The position numbers and the translations under genes were made by a program. A model generated the notes under the pieces. It ran no database searches, was not told the origin of the DNA, and saw only the letters and a list, made by a program, of their open reading frames with translations. This document shows positions 38,054 to 47,008 of a DNA stretch of 64,000 nt, in pieces. Every line of letters begins with the position of its first letter. Position 1 is the first letter of the stretch. The stretch spans positions 2,547 to 66,546 of the forward strand of contig JAFYNS010000136.1 in NCBI GenBank assembly GCA_017556505.1, read 5' to 3'. This DNA is from Bacillota bacterium (lineage in GTDB: Bacteria > Bacillota > Clostridia > Peptostreptococcales > Anaerovoracaceae).

Positions 38054-39373
38054 TTAAACAGATTTGTTTTCTGACTGTTTCGATAAGAGTTTGTCCAGGT
38101 AGATGGACTTAAACTGTTTGCTCGCCATTGCCTGCTTCAGCGGCGGCAGCTTCAGGATAACCTGAAAAACAGCAGCCATGGCACGATGGTTTGCGAAGGC
38201 CTGATTGTCGAAAATCAGATTTTGCAGAGTTCCCTTCTCAATGGCCTGTGCCACATAACGATGGGTGCTGTTCACCGGTGTGATAATCTGTACCGGACGG
38301 CGTTCCATCTCAATGGCACCGGTCGGGCAGTTTCTGGCACAGACACCGCAGCCCAGACAGATTTCGCTGTCAATCCATGCCAGCTTGCGCTTGCGTTCTG
38401 CCTCCTCTGCCTGAGACCCGGCAGCCGTGCCCAGTTCCATCTTAATGGCCAGCACAGGACATACTTTGGCACATTTGCCGCAGCCTATGCACTTGTCTCC
38501 GTGAATCTTCGGCAGATAGTTGGTGGTTGCAACCGGCTGCATCGGACTGAAATGACGTGCTGTCTGCAGTGCTTCACAGCAGCAGCCGCAGCAGTTGCAC
38601 AGAAACGCAGGTTTTTCCCTCACGTTTTCTCCAATCTGCACCAGATTGCTTTCGTAAGCCAGCTGCAGAACATCCCTGGCTTCCTCTTTGCTGAGCAGAC
38701 GGACATGCTCGCCATGCTCTGCCAGAGACCGGGCCACATTTCCCAGTGTCAGGCATACATCCATTGGTGCATTGATTTCACAAGGTTTATCCATGTGCAT
38801 CATCTTATGACGGCAGTAACACATACCCAGCCCCACATAGTCCGCATCCTCGATAATATGTGACGCCCGCTCATAATCCAGGATGTAGTTCATTTTCTCA
38901 TTGGTCAGGACCGATTCCTGTACAAACACACGTCCCATTCTGGTTTCTGCCGCAAAGAACAGTTCCTTAATAAAATCTTCTTCCACATTCATGTACTGAT
39001 AGTAAAGTTCCGACAGATACTTCTGATCGATATCGCCGCGGGTGCGCATCAGTGCAAACTCCAGGAAGCCCGCCATCGGAGGCGGCATGACAAACTGGCG
39101 CGCTCCGTTATGCCAGGAGTCTAAAATCAGAGCTTTTTCGCAAAGCTGATCCAGCAGGTGTTCTGCCTGCAGCTGGCTGCAGCCCCAGACGCTGGCCGCT
39201 TTTTTCAAAGTGAAAGGCCGGATTGGCAGCATTGCCACATGGCGTGCTTCATCCTCCGTATACAGTACCTGCAGAATCTTATACAGTGTTTCCGTCGGCG
39301 CTGCCCCCTGTGCGAACAGGTTAATACGCTGCTCCAGGTTTTTATATGCATCTTTCGATGTTAAGTGTCCCAT
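38054..39373 (-). CDS. 4Fe-4S dicluster domain protein of unknown function
   Basis: CIGCGKCAKVCP and CLGCGVCARNCP ferredoxin motifs, plus the unusual LCNCCGCCCE and MCYCRH Cys clusters. The start at 39373 (MGHLTSK) has an AAGGAA RBS. Confidence 0.7.
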   Translation of the reverse strand: MGHLTSKDAYKNLEQRINLFAQGAAPTETLYKILQVLYTEDEARHVAMLPIRPFTLKKAASVWGCSQLQAEHLLDQLCEKALILDSWHNGARQFVMPPPMAGFLEFALMRTRGDIDQKYLSELYYQYMNVEEDFIKELFFAAETRMGRVFVQESVLTNEKMNYILDYERASHIIEDADYVGLGMCYCRHKMMHMDKPCEINAPMDVCLTLGNVARSLAEHGEHVRLLSKEEARDVLQLAYESNLVQIGENVREKPAFLCNCCGCCCEALQTARHFSPMQPVATTNYLPKIHGDKCIGCGKCAKVCPVLAIKMELGTAAGSQAEEAERKRKLAWIDSEICLGCGVCARNCPTGAIEMERRPVQIITPVNSTHRYVAQAIEKGTLQNLIFDNQAFANHRAMAAVFQVILKLPPLKQAMASKQFKSIYLDKLLSKQSENKSV

Positions 39374-39456
39374 AATCGTTCCTTTTCTGCTGACCGCATT
39401 GAGTAATTTAAAGGTATTATAGCATGCAGTATGGGTCATATTGAAGAAAAAAATAA

Positions 39457-39483
39457 CCGGAATGCAGATTTTCTGCACTCCGG
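39457..39483 (-). terminator. Terminator after uxaC
   Basis: CCGGAATGCAGA pairs with TCTGCACTCCGG. TTATTTTTTTCTT follows on the minus strand. Confidence 0.65.
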
Positions 39484-39501
39484 CTTTTACTGTTGTCTTA
39501 T

Positions 39502-40935
39502 TTAAAATTCAAATCCGAAATAGTTTACTGCGTTCTTCCAGCAGATATCTTCTACCATCTGTCCCAGTGCTTCCAGGCTGTCTTCATCTCCCGGATACTG
39601 TCCGCTTTCCACCAGATATCCCAGCTTGTCGCAGAGGATGCGTCGGTAATATTCATGACGTACGAAGGAAGTGAAGCTTCTGGAGTCAGTCAGCATACCC
39701 ACAGAACCGCTGATCTGACCGGTTTCCATGAGCTGGTCAATCTGATCCTGCATACCGCGGATGTGGTCTAAAAGCCACCATGCTGCGCCGTACTGCACCT
39801 TGCCGCTGTCAGAACCGTCAGCTTCTGTTCCTGCTGCAAAGTTTGCTGCCATGGTTGCCATCATGGCACTGTCATTTGGATTCAGGTTGTAGAGAATGGT
39901 CTTCGGCAGATGGCCTTCCCCTTCCAGTCCTCCAAGCAAAGCACTCAGCTTAAACGGATCTGTTGCTTCCCCGATGCTGTCTCCGCCGCCGTCGGCACCG
40001 AATGCTTTCCACACTTTCGGAGAATTGTTTCTGATCGGTCCCAGGTGCAGCTGCATTGCCAGGCCTCGTGCTTCGTATTCAGAAGCCAGGAAGCGAAGCA
40101 GTCCGCCCTGATATACTGCGATTTCTTCTTCAGTCAGAGTGACACCTTCCAGTGCCTTTGCCATGACTGCAGCATGGTCTCCTTCCACATAGCGGAAGTG
40201 AAGGAATCCATGGTCAGTCACCTTGCAGCCTACAGAGCAGAAGAAGTCTAAAGATGCCTTCAGAGCAGAAGTCAGGCCTTCCCAGCTGTCAATGGCAATG
40301 CCGTAACGCTCAGAAAGCTGTGCCAGTGCTCTGTCCCAGTTTTCTGTCTGGTCGATGTTCAGGAAACGGTCCGGACGGAAGGACGGCAGTGTACGGAACG
40401 GTACTTTGCCGGCTTCATATTCTGCTGCCAGCTTCTGATGCCATGCCAGGTCATCCGCCGGGTCGTCGGTGGTGCAGAGGATTTTGGCCTGCGCCTTATC
40501 CAGCAGGGACACCGCATCAAAACCTTCGCTCTGCAGAATTTCGCAGGTCTTATCCCAGATTTCCTTCGCAGTCTTTTCGCTCAGCGGTGTGTAAATGCCA
40601 AAGTAACGCTGCAGTTCCAGATGCGCCCAGTGATATACCGGACTGCCGATGAGTTTTGGCATAATGCGAGCGAATTCGGCAAATTTTGCGTAGTCGTCTG
40701 CCTTACCGGTCACGTATTCTTCTGCCACACCGCAGACACGCATGCAGCGCCACTTGTAGTGATCCGCTTCCAGCCAGACCTGAGTCAGGTTGTCATAGCG
40801 GCGGCGCTCATAAATGTCCTTTGCCGGCAGGTGGTTATGATAGTCGATAATCGGGCAGTCTTCTGCATATTCGAAAAACAGCTTGCGTGCTGTCTCCGTG
40901 GTGAGCAGAAAATCTTTATCCATAAATGCTTTCAT
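39502..40935 (-). CDS. uxaC: Glucuronate isomerase
   Basis: MKAFMDKDFLLTTETARKLFFEYAEDCPIIDYHNHLPAKDIYE... Confidence 0.9.
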   Translation of the reverse strand: MKAFMDKDFLLTTETARKLFFEYAEDCPIIDYHNHLPAKDIYERRRYDNLTQVWLEADHYKWRCMRVCGVAEEYVTGKADDYAKFAEFARIMPKLIGSPVYHWAHLELQRYFGIYTPLSEKTAKEIWDKTCEILQSEGFDAVSLLDKAQAKILCTTDDPADDLAWHQKLAAEYEAGKVPFRTLPSFRPDRFLNIDQTENWDRALAQLSERYGIAIDSWEGLTSALKASLDFFCSVGCKVTDHGFLHFRYVEGDHAAVMAKALEGVTLTEEEIAVYQGGLLRFLASEYEARGLAMQLHLGPIRNNSPKVWKAFGADGGGDSIGEATDPFKLSALLGGLEGEGHLPKTILYNLNPNDSAMMATMAANFAAGTEADGSDSGKVQYGAAWWLLDHIRGMQDQIDQLMETGQISGSVGMLTDSRSFTSFVRHEYYRRILCDKLGYLVESGQYPGDEDSLEALGQMVEDICWKNAVNYFGFEF

Positions 40936-40947
40936 CAGAATTTCTCC

Positions 40948-42243
40948 TTAGAATTTTTCCTTGTTGATCCACAGGCCCAGAGCAGGGTTTGGAATGTAGT
41001 AGATTTCTTCTCCGTCCTCCATGGTGTTGTAACCGTACTGCAGGGTTTCCGGATTATAACGGGCAGTCATTTCATCGTAGTCCGCCCAGCCGAAGCCCAC
41101 GCCTTCGATTTCCTCACGGGTAATCTTATCCTTCTTCACCGCATAGGTGATGGAGAAACGTTCGTCGGAAGAACCGTGAATCAGGTGCGCTGCTGCACCC
41201 ATGTTGTCACGGAGATCCTGATTTTCTTCCTTTTCGAACTGTTCCAGGGTATTCAGGCGGCCCTTGTAGCCGTACTTGCGGATCAGCTTGTCCACCTGCA
41301 GGTCCTCCCCAAAACGTTCAATTCCCGGTGCCAGTACCAGCAGCTGTCCGCCGTCAGCGATAGCCATGCGGGTACGGTATACGGACTTATTTCCCAGCCA
41401 TGTAGTTCTGAATTCGGAAGGATCCAGGTAAACCACACACTTTTTGATACCGGTTTCCACGAAGTCGATATTCTTTTCCTGTGCCAGCTTAATGGCTTTT
41501 TCCAGTACGCATCGTGTATCACCGATGAACATACCGTGCTGATTTATCACACCGCCCGGTGCTGTGCAGACAGTCAGTACAAAGAGAATCGGACGGTCTG
41601 CCAGGAAGTGCGTCATACCGTAGTCAAAGATTTTGCGGACCGGAGTGTGGTCCTTGCCCATCATGCGCTCCATGCCGTAGACAGCGCCTACCATGTGGCT
41701 CTTATTAATCATGTCCGCACCGCCGACACCCACGAACAGGTTCTTTGCGTGGTTTGCCATACAGATGACTTCGTGAGGAACCACCTGGCCGATGGACAGA
41801 ATCAAATCATATTTTTCCTCCATCACCAGCTTGTTGATTTCCACGTCTACCGGATCGTGCCACAGACCCTCAGTGATTTCTTCCAGGTATTCTGCAGGAA
41901 CTTCACCGATTTTCACTACGTCAGTACGCCAGTTGTGTTCCAGGAACCGCTCGAAGGGAATATCGCCGAACATGTGCGCCGCTTCTTCTGCAGTCACAGG
42001 CACATGGGTTCCCAGTGCCGGCAGAATGTCCACTTCACAGCCCATTTCCACCAGTGCGTGATAGTACACGTTAGTGATGAAACCGGAGTTGGAGTGAAAG
42101 CGTGTAAAGTCAGGCGGAATAATCAGTACATGGTGAAGTTCACCATGCTCTGCCTGCCAGTCATTCAGGCTTTCCAGCAGAGCCTGACGGATTTCTTCCG
42201 GGCTCATGATTGCTTCTGTATTTGCATAATAGAATTTTTCCAT
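40948..42243 (-). CDS. LarA-like (DUF2088) nickel-pincer-dependent 2-hydroxyacid racemase/epimerase family protein
   Basis: VLIIPPDFTRFHS, ILPALGTHVP, GQVVPHEVICMANHAKN and INKSHMVG align by eye with the LarA segments SSDHTRPVP, ATGFHRP, ESHFFAGFSGGRK and MANHSG, including the catalytic His positions. Confidence 0.6.
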   Translation of the reverse strand: MEKFYYANTEAIMSPEEIRQALLESLNDWQAEHGELHHVLIIPPDFTRFHSNSGFITNVYYHALVEMGCEVDILPALGTHVPVTAEEAAHMFGDIPFERFLEHNWRTDVVKIGEVPAEYLEEITEGLWHDPVDVEINKLVMEEKYDLILSIGQVVPHEVICMANHAKNLFVGVGGADMINKSHMVGAVYGMERMMGKDHTPVRKIFDYGMTHFLADRPILFVLTVCTAPGGVINQHGMFIGDTRCVLEKAIKLAQEKNIDFVETGIKKCVVYLDPSEFRTTWLGNKSVYRTRMAIADGGQLLVLAPGIERFGEDLQVDKLIRKYGYKGRLNTLEQFEKEENQDLRDNMGAAAHLIHGSSDERFSITYAVKKDKITREEIEGVGFGWADYDEMTARYNPETLQYGYNTMEDGEEIYYIPNPALGLWINKEKF

Positions 42244-42257
42244 AACAAAACTCCTTC

Positions 42258-43106
42258 TTATACACCGCTGTATGCGCTGAAACCGCCGTCAACCGGAATT
42301 ACGATACCGGTTACAAAACCTGCCGCCTTCTGATCCACCAGGAAGAGCAGCGCACCCAGCAGTTCTTCAGGCTGACCGAATCTTCCCATCGGAGTAGCTG
42401 CCAGGATTTTGCCGGTACGTGCAGTCGGTGTGCCGTCTTCATTGAAGAGCAGGCTGCGGTTCTGATCGGTGGCAAAGAAGCCAGGTGCAATGGCGTTTAC
42501 ACGGATGCCCACCTTGCTGAAGTGCACAGCCAGCCACTGTGTAAAGTTGGAAATGGCAGCCTTTGCGCCGGAGTAAGCCGGAATCTTTGTCAGCGGAGTG
42601 AACGCGTTCATGGAGCTTACGTTGATGATATTGCAGCCTTCGCGGCCAATCATATCCTTTGCAAATTCCTGCGTTGGAATCAGAGTTCCGATGAAGTTCA
42701 GGTTGAATACAAACTGCAGGTCTTCATCATCAAGATCAAAGAAAGTCTTGGTATCTGCATCCAGGTCGCCCATTTCGAAGTATTCCTTGTCAGTGTTTGC
42801 ACGTGCGTTGTTTCCGCCGGCACCGTTAATCAGGATGTCGCATGGGCCGTAAATCTTCAGCACTTCTTCATGTGCCGCCTTTACGCTTTCCTTATTGGTC
42901 ACGTCAACCTGCACAGCTGCCGCTTCTCCTCCCATTGCGCGGATTTCTTCACATACGGCTTCCGCCTTTGAAACAGTACGGTTCAGGATTGCAACTTTCG
43001 CTCCGCAGAGAGCCAGTGCCTTGGCGAATTCCTTGCAAAGCACGCCTGCGCCGCCGGTTACAACGGCTACTTTTCCTTCTAAATTCGGTCTATAGCATAA
43101 TTCCAT
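42258..43106 (-). CDS. SDR-family oxidoreductase, fructuronate/mannonate oxidoreductase-like (YjmF/UxuB-type)
   Basis: MELCYRPNLEGKVAVVTGGAGVLCKE...NVSSMNAF...YSGAKAA... The start at 43106 is preceded by GGAGG. The track ORF extends to 43304 across the repeat region. Confidence 0.75.
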   Translation of the reverse strand: MELCYRPNLEGKVAVVTGGAGVLCKEFAKALALCGAKVAILNRTVSKAEAVCEEIRAMGGEAAAVQVDVTNKESVKAAHEEVLKIYGPCDILINGAGGNNARANTDKEYFEMGDLDADTKTFFDLDDEDLQFVFNLNFIGTLIPTQEFAKDMIGREGCNIINVSSMNAFTPLTKIPAYSGAKAAISNFTQWLAVHFSKVGIRVNAIAPGFFATDQNRSLLFNEDGTPTARTGKILAATPMGRFGQPEELLGALLFLVDQKAAGFVTGIVIPVDGGFSAYSGV

Positions 43107-43134
43107 AGTCTTAACCTCCAACAAATGGCTCCAA

Positions 43135-43349
43135 GTACGCCTTTTCTTAAAAAACAGATGTTTTGGAGTACAAATTTCATTATAAAACTTCAAATAATCG
43201 TCTTTTAACCGCGAAAAATGTATTTTTTCAACAATTACAGTACTCCAAAATGCAAAATTCAGTGTGTTTGGCGTACTTTTCACGCTGCCAGACAGGTAAT
43301 GCAATCCATTTTGTACTCCAAAACACCCAAATCAACGCATTTGGAGTAC
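43135..43349. repeat. Triplet A of the 37-bp bipartite palindrome RTACKCC-N23-GGMGTAY
   Basis: Copies at 43135-43171 (GTACGCC...GGAGTAC), 43240-43276 (GTACTCC...GGCGTAC) and 43313-43349 (GTACTCC...GGAGTAC). The spacer is exactly 23 nt in each. Confidence 0.9.
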
Positions 43350-43352
43350 TTT

Positions 43353-44234
43353 TTACCTTCCGGATTGCGAAAGTACAAATCGTTCAACACCAGCTGCCAC
43401 GCCGTCCTCATCGCAGGAGGCGGTAATCCAGTCAGCTGCCGCCTTTACGGCAGGTTCTGCATTCTCCATGGCGATACCGATTCCGGCTGCACGGATCATG
43501 GTGATGTCATTTAAGCCGTCGCCGAAAGCGATGGTCTTTTCGTGCGGTACGCCAAGACGGTCCGCAAGATCCAGCAGAGCCTGCCCCTTATTGGCATTCA
43601 TCTGGTTCAGCTCAATGTTCTGCGGAGATGAGCTGGTAGCCAGGATTCCCGGAAACACCTGCGGAATCTCTGTAAGCAGGCGGGACCGCAGCTCCATATC
43701 CCGGGTAAAGAACTGAATCTTCTGCACGTTCATGCCCGGTCTCCCGCCGCAGTATTCTGCCACGAAGGCCTTCAGTTCCGGCACCGGTCTGCGCAGGTCA
43801 TGATACATCTTCCGGATCTTCGCATCCTCGATCACCGCGTCCACCTGGTCCTTCAGAGCCGAAGTCATCCAGGCTGCATTGTCCATATAACAGTCATAGA
43901 GCACCGGCTTGTCATCCAGCCAGGCCATAATGTCCACCGCCTGCTGCCATGGCATTTCCGCCCCGCAAAGCGTGTCCATACAAGGCTCTCCGGCTTCGTC
44001 CCGCACCTTCATCACTGCTGCTCCGTTGATGGTTATGGCGTAATGCACAAAAGGCAGCTGCCGGATTACATCCGGCATGCCGCCATAAAATCTTCCTGTG
44101 GTAGGTACCACCGCCCAGCCGGCTTCTGACGCCGCCTTCAGCGCAGCAAAATTCCCCGGGCTCAGCTCCTTTGCAGAGTTCAGCAAAGTGCCGTCCAGGT
44201 CCAGGGCGATGATACCTGCAGGAACCTTACGCAT
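43353..44234 (-). CDS. Cof-type HAD-IIB phosphatase
   Basis: MRKVPAGIIALDLDGTLLNS...FGDGLNDITM... The start at 44234 overlaps the gnd stop by 8 nt. Confidence 0.8.
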   Translation of the reverse strand: MRKVPAGIIALDLDGTLLNSAKELSPGNFAALKAASEAGWAVVPTTGRFYGGMPDVIRQLPFVHYAITINGAAVMKVRDEAGEPCMDTLCGAEMPWQQAVDIMAWLDDKPVLYDCYMDNAAWMTSALKDQVDAVIEDAKIRKMYHDLRRPVPELKAFVAEYCGGRPGMNVQKIQFFTRDMELRSRLLTEIPQVFPGILATSSSPQNIELNQMNANKGQALLDLADRLGVPHEKTIAFGDGLNDITMIRAAGIGIAMENAEPAVKAAADWITASCDEDGVAAGVERFVLSQSGR

Positions 44235-45678
44235 TGTAAGTACCTGCGGAAGTATTGCCGCCGTGGCCGGTCCAGTTGGTGTGGTAGAACTGGCCTCTAG
44301 GCTGGTCGATTCTTTCGTATGTATGTGCACCGAAGTAGTCACGCTGCGCCTGAAGCAGGTTTGCAGGCAGACATTCGGTAGTGTATCCGTCGAAGTAATT
44401 CAGAGCGGAAGAGAATGCAGGCATTGGAATACCCGCCTTTACTGCGTAAGCAACCACTTCTCTCCATGCAGGAATCAGACCCTTGATGGTTTCTGCGAAA
44501 TAGTCATCCAGCAGCAGGTTGTCCAGTTCCGGATTCTTTTCGTAAGCTTCCTTGATCTTACCCAGGAATACGCTGCGGATGATGCAGCCGCCTCTCCACA
44601 TGAGAGCGATGCCGCCGTAGTTCAGGTTCCAGCCATAAGTCTTGGCTGCAGTACGCATGAGAGTATAACCCTGAGCGTAAGAAATAATCTTGGACGCATA
44701 CAGAGCCTTACGGATTGCTTCGATGAAGGCCTTGCGGTCACCCTCAAAAGCAGGGATTTCACGTGGGAATACCTTAGCAGCATTCACACGTTCTGCCTTC
44801 TGTGCAGACAGGCATCTGGAGAATACCGCTTCACCGATCATAGTCAGAGGAACGCCTTCATCCAGTGCGGAAACAGCAGTCCACTTGCCGGTGCCCTTCT
44901 GTCCTGCAGTGTCCAGAATATAGTTTACAGTTGTTTCACCGTTTTCGTCCTTGTAACCCAGAATATCTCTGGTGATTTCGATCAGGTAGCTGTCCAGCTC
45001 GGTCTTGTTCCATTCAGCGAAGACTTCGTGCATTTCTTCTGCAGTCATGCCCATACCGTCCTTCATCAGCTGGTATGCTTCGCAGATCAGCTGCATGTCG
45101 CCGTATTCGATACCGTTGTGAACCATCTTTACGAAGTGGCCTGCACCGTTTTCACCAACCCATTCACAGCAAGGTGCGCCGTCTTCCACCTTGGCACAGA
45201 TTGCCTGGAAAATCGGCTTGATGTGTTCCCATGCTGCAGGGGAACCGCCCGGCATCAGGGATGGACCGGTCAGCGCGCCTTCTTCACCGCCGGAAACGCC
45301 GGAACCTACATACAGCAGGCCCTTGCTTTCCACGTAAGCAGTTCTTCTGATAGTGTCAGGGAAGTGGCTGTTGCCGCCGTCGATCAGGATATCGCCTTCT
45401 TCCAGGTACGGAATCAGGGTATCAATCAGATCATCAACCGCCTGACCAGCCTTAACCATCATCATGATCTTTCTTGGCTTTTCCAGGCTTGCTGCCAGCT
45501 CTTCCAGGGAGTAAGTGCCGATGATGTTCTTGCCGGCAGCTCTGCCCTCTACGAAATTCTTCACCTTTTCGGTGGTTCTGTTATATACAGCTACAGTGAA
45601 ACCTCTGGATTCCATGTTCATTACCAGATTTTCACCCATTACGGCCAGACCTACCAGGCCGATATTTGCTTTTTTCAT
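44227..45678 (-). CDS. gnd: 6-phosphogluconate dehydrogenase (decarboxylating)
   Basis: MKKANIGLVGLAVMGENLVMNMESRGFTVAVYNRT...GNSHF... Confidence 0.9.
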   Translation of the reverse strand: MKKANIGLVGLAVMGENLVMNMESRGFTVAVYNRTTEKVKNFVEGRAAGKNIIGTYSLEELAASLEKPRKIMMMVKAGQAVDDLIDTLIPYLEEGDILIDGGNSHFPDTIRRTAYVESKGLLYVGSGVSGGEEGALTGPSLMPGGSPAAWEHIKPIFQAICAKVEDGAPCCEWVGENGAGHFVKMVHNGIEYGDMQLICEAYQLMKDGMGMTAEEMHEVFAEWNKTELDSYLIEITRDILGYKDENGETTVNYILDTAGQKGTGKWTAVSALDEGVPLTMIGEAVFSRCLSAQKAERVNAAKVFPREIPAFEGDRKAFIEAIRKALYASKIISYAQGYTLMRTAAKTYGWNLNYGGIALMWRGGCIIRSVFLGKIKEAYEKNPELDNLLLDDYFAETIKGLIPAWREVVAYAVKAGIPMPAFSSALNYFDGYTTECLPANLLQAQRDYFGAHTYERIDQPRGQFYHTNWTGHGGNTSAGTYNA

Positions 45679-45741
45679 TGCTCGTTCCTCCTGCCTTCCC
45701 GGCAAAATCTTTCGCTGCGGACGCTGCCGCTTCAGCGGATC

Positions 45742-46821
45742 CTATCTCTGCACTCTCGCGTTGCCTGCATAGATGTCCCAAACCTGCTTTTCGTCTGCAG
45801 GTTCTGCGTAGTCATTCAGGCTGCTCGCTGCCAGTACGCCGGTTGCCCAGCCGAACTGCAGACACTTTTCAGGTTCCCAGCCCTGCATCAGACCGTACAG
45901 CAGACCGCCGGTGAAACCGTCGCCGCCGCCGATTCTGTCCATTACAGGAATGGTTCTAGGCTCTTCAATGCACCACTTGCCGTCAGCCAGCAGAATGCCG
46001 CCCCACAGGTGTTCGTTTGCACTGATAACCTGTCTTAAAGTAGTACCGAATACCTTTGCGTTGGAGTACTTTTCCTTAACCTGGTTAATCATTTCCTGGA
46101 AGTTTGCAATCTTGGAGGAAATGTCCTTACCGCCTGCTTCAGGACCCGCAAAGCCAAGGCACAGCTGGAAGTCTTCTTCGTTGCCTACCAGAACGTCAGC
46201 AACGCTTGCGATTCTGTGGAACGCATCTCTCAGTTCTTCTTCTCTGCCCTTCCAGAAGGTTGCTCTGTGGTTCAGGTCAAAGCTTACCAGAGTACCGTAC
46301 TTCTTCGCAGCTTCTGCCACAGCCAGGCAGAACTGAGTTGTTTCTTCACTCATAGCTGCAATCAGACCGGAGATATGCAGAATACCAACACCTTCCTGAC
46401 CGAAGATTCTTTCGATGTCGAATTCTTCGATGGACAGGGTTCTGCCCACTTCGCCGGCTCTGTCATTCCATACTCTTGGTGCTCTCAGACCGAAGCCGGA
46501 GTCAGCGATGTTAAACTGGTGACGGAAGCCCCATGGACCGCCCTGTTCTACTTCTGCACCTTCATAACGGATGTTTCTGGAACGCAGTTCGCTCTTGATG
46601 AACTCTGCGATCGGGCTTCCCTTTACGAACTTGGTCAGCACCAGACATTCCTTACCCAGGGAAGAAGAAACGTTTAATACGTTGCTTTCTGCACTGGTGC
46701 ACTGCATGATGAAGCGGTTGCTGTTATGTACAGCCATTCTGTCTTCCGGAGTGATACGGACACCCATGCTGGTTGGGCATGCGATGGCATAGCGGTAATT
46801 TTCATGGAGATTCAGTTCCAT
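45742..46821 (-). CDS. PfkB-family sugar(-acid) kinase, 2-dehydro-3-deoxygluconokinase-like
   Basis: ...VSFDLNHR...VLVGNEEDF...DRIGGGDGFTGGLLYG... The start at 46821 has an AAGGAA RBS. Confidence 0.7.
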   Translation of the reverse strand: MELNLHENYRYAIACPTSMGVRITPEDRMAVHNSNRFIMQCTSAESNVLNVSSSLGKECLVLTKFVKGSPIAEFIKSELRSRNIRYEGAEVEQGGPWGFRHQFNIADSGFGLRAPRVWNDRAGEVGRTLSIEEFDIERIFGQEGVGILHISGLIAAMSEETTQFCLAVAEAAKKYGTLVSFDLNHRATFWKGREEELRDAFHRIASVADVLVGNEEDFQLCLGFAGPEAGGKDISSKIANFQEMINQVKEKYSNAKVFGTTLRQVISANEHLWGGILLADGKWCIEEPRTIPVMDRIGGGDGFTGGLLYGLMQGWEPEKCLQFGWATGVLAASSLNDYAEPADEKQVWDIYAGNARVQR

Positions 46822-47008
46822 AGTTGTAGTTCCTTTCTTATTTAAACGTTCATTTATTAACAAAACTTTCGCTGCATGCTGCAGAAGCACACAGCCTGAT
46901 ATTTTATTCTACAACAGATTAGATTGCAATGGAATTGCATTTCATCGACAAAAACATTGCAAAAACACGCATCTCATGCTATACTGCAGAAAAAACGGAG
47001 GTCTTCGT

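Noticed and set aside
46063-46069. Isolated half-sites of the repeat family: TTGGAGTACTTTT inside the kinase gene at 46061-46073, and GTACTCC at about 57100.
   Set aside because: No partner half-site lies at the required 23-nt spacing. The first is in coding sequence. I treat both as chance 7-mers.
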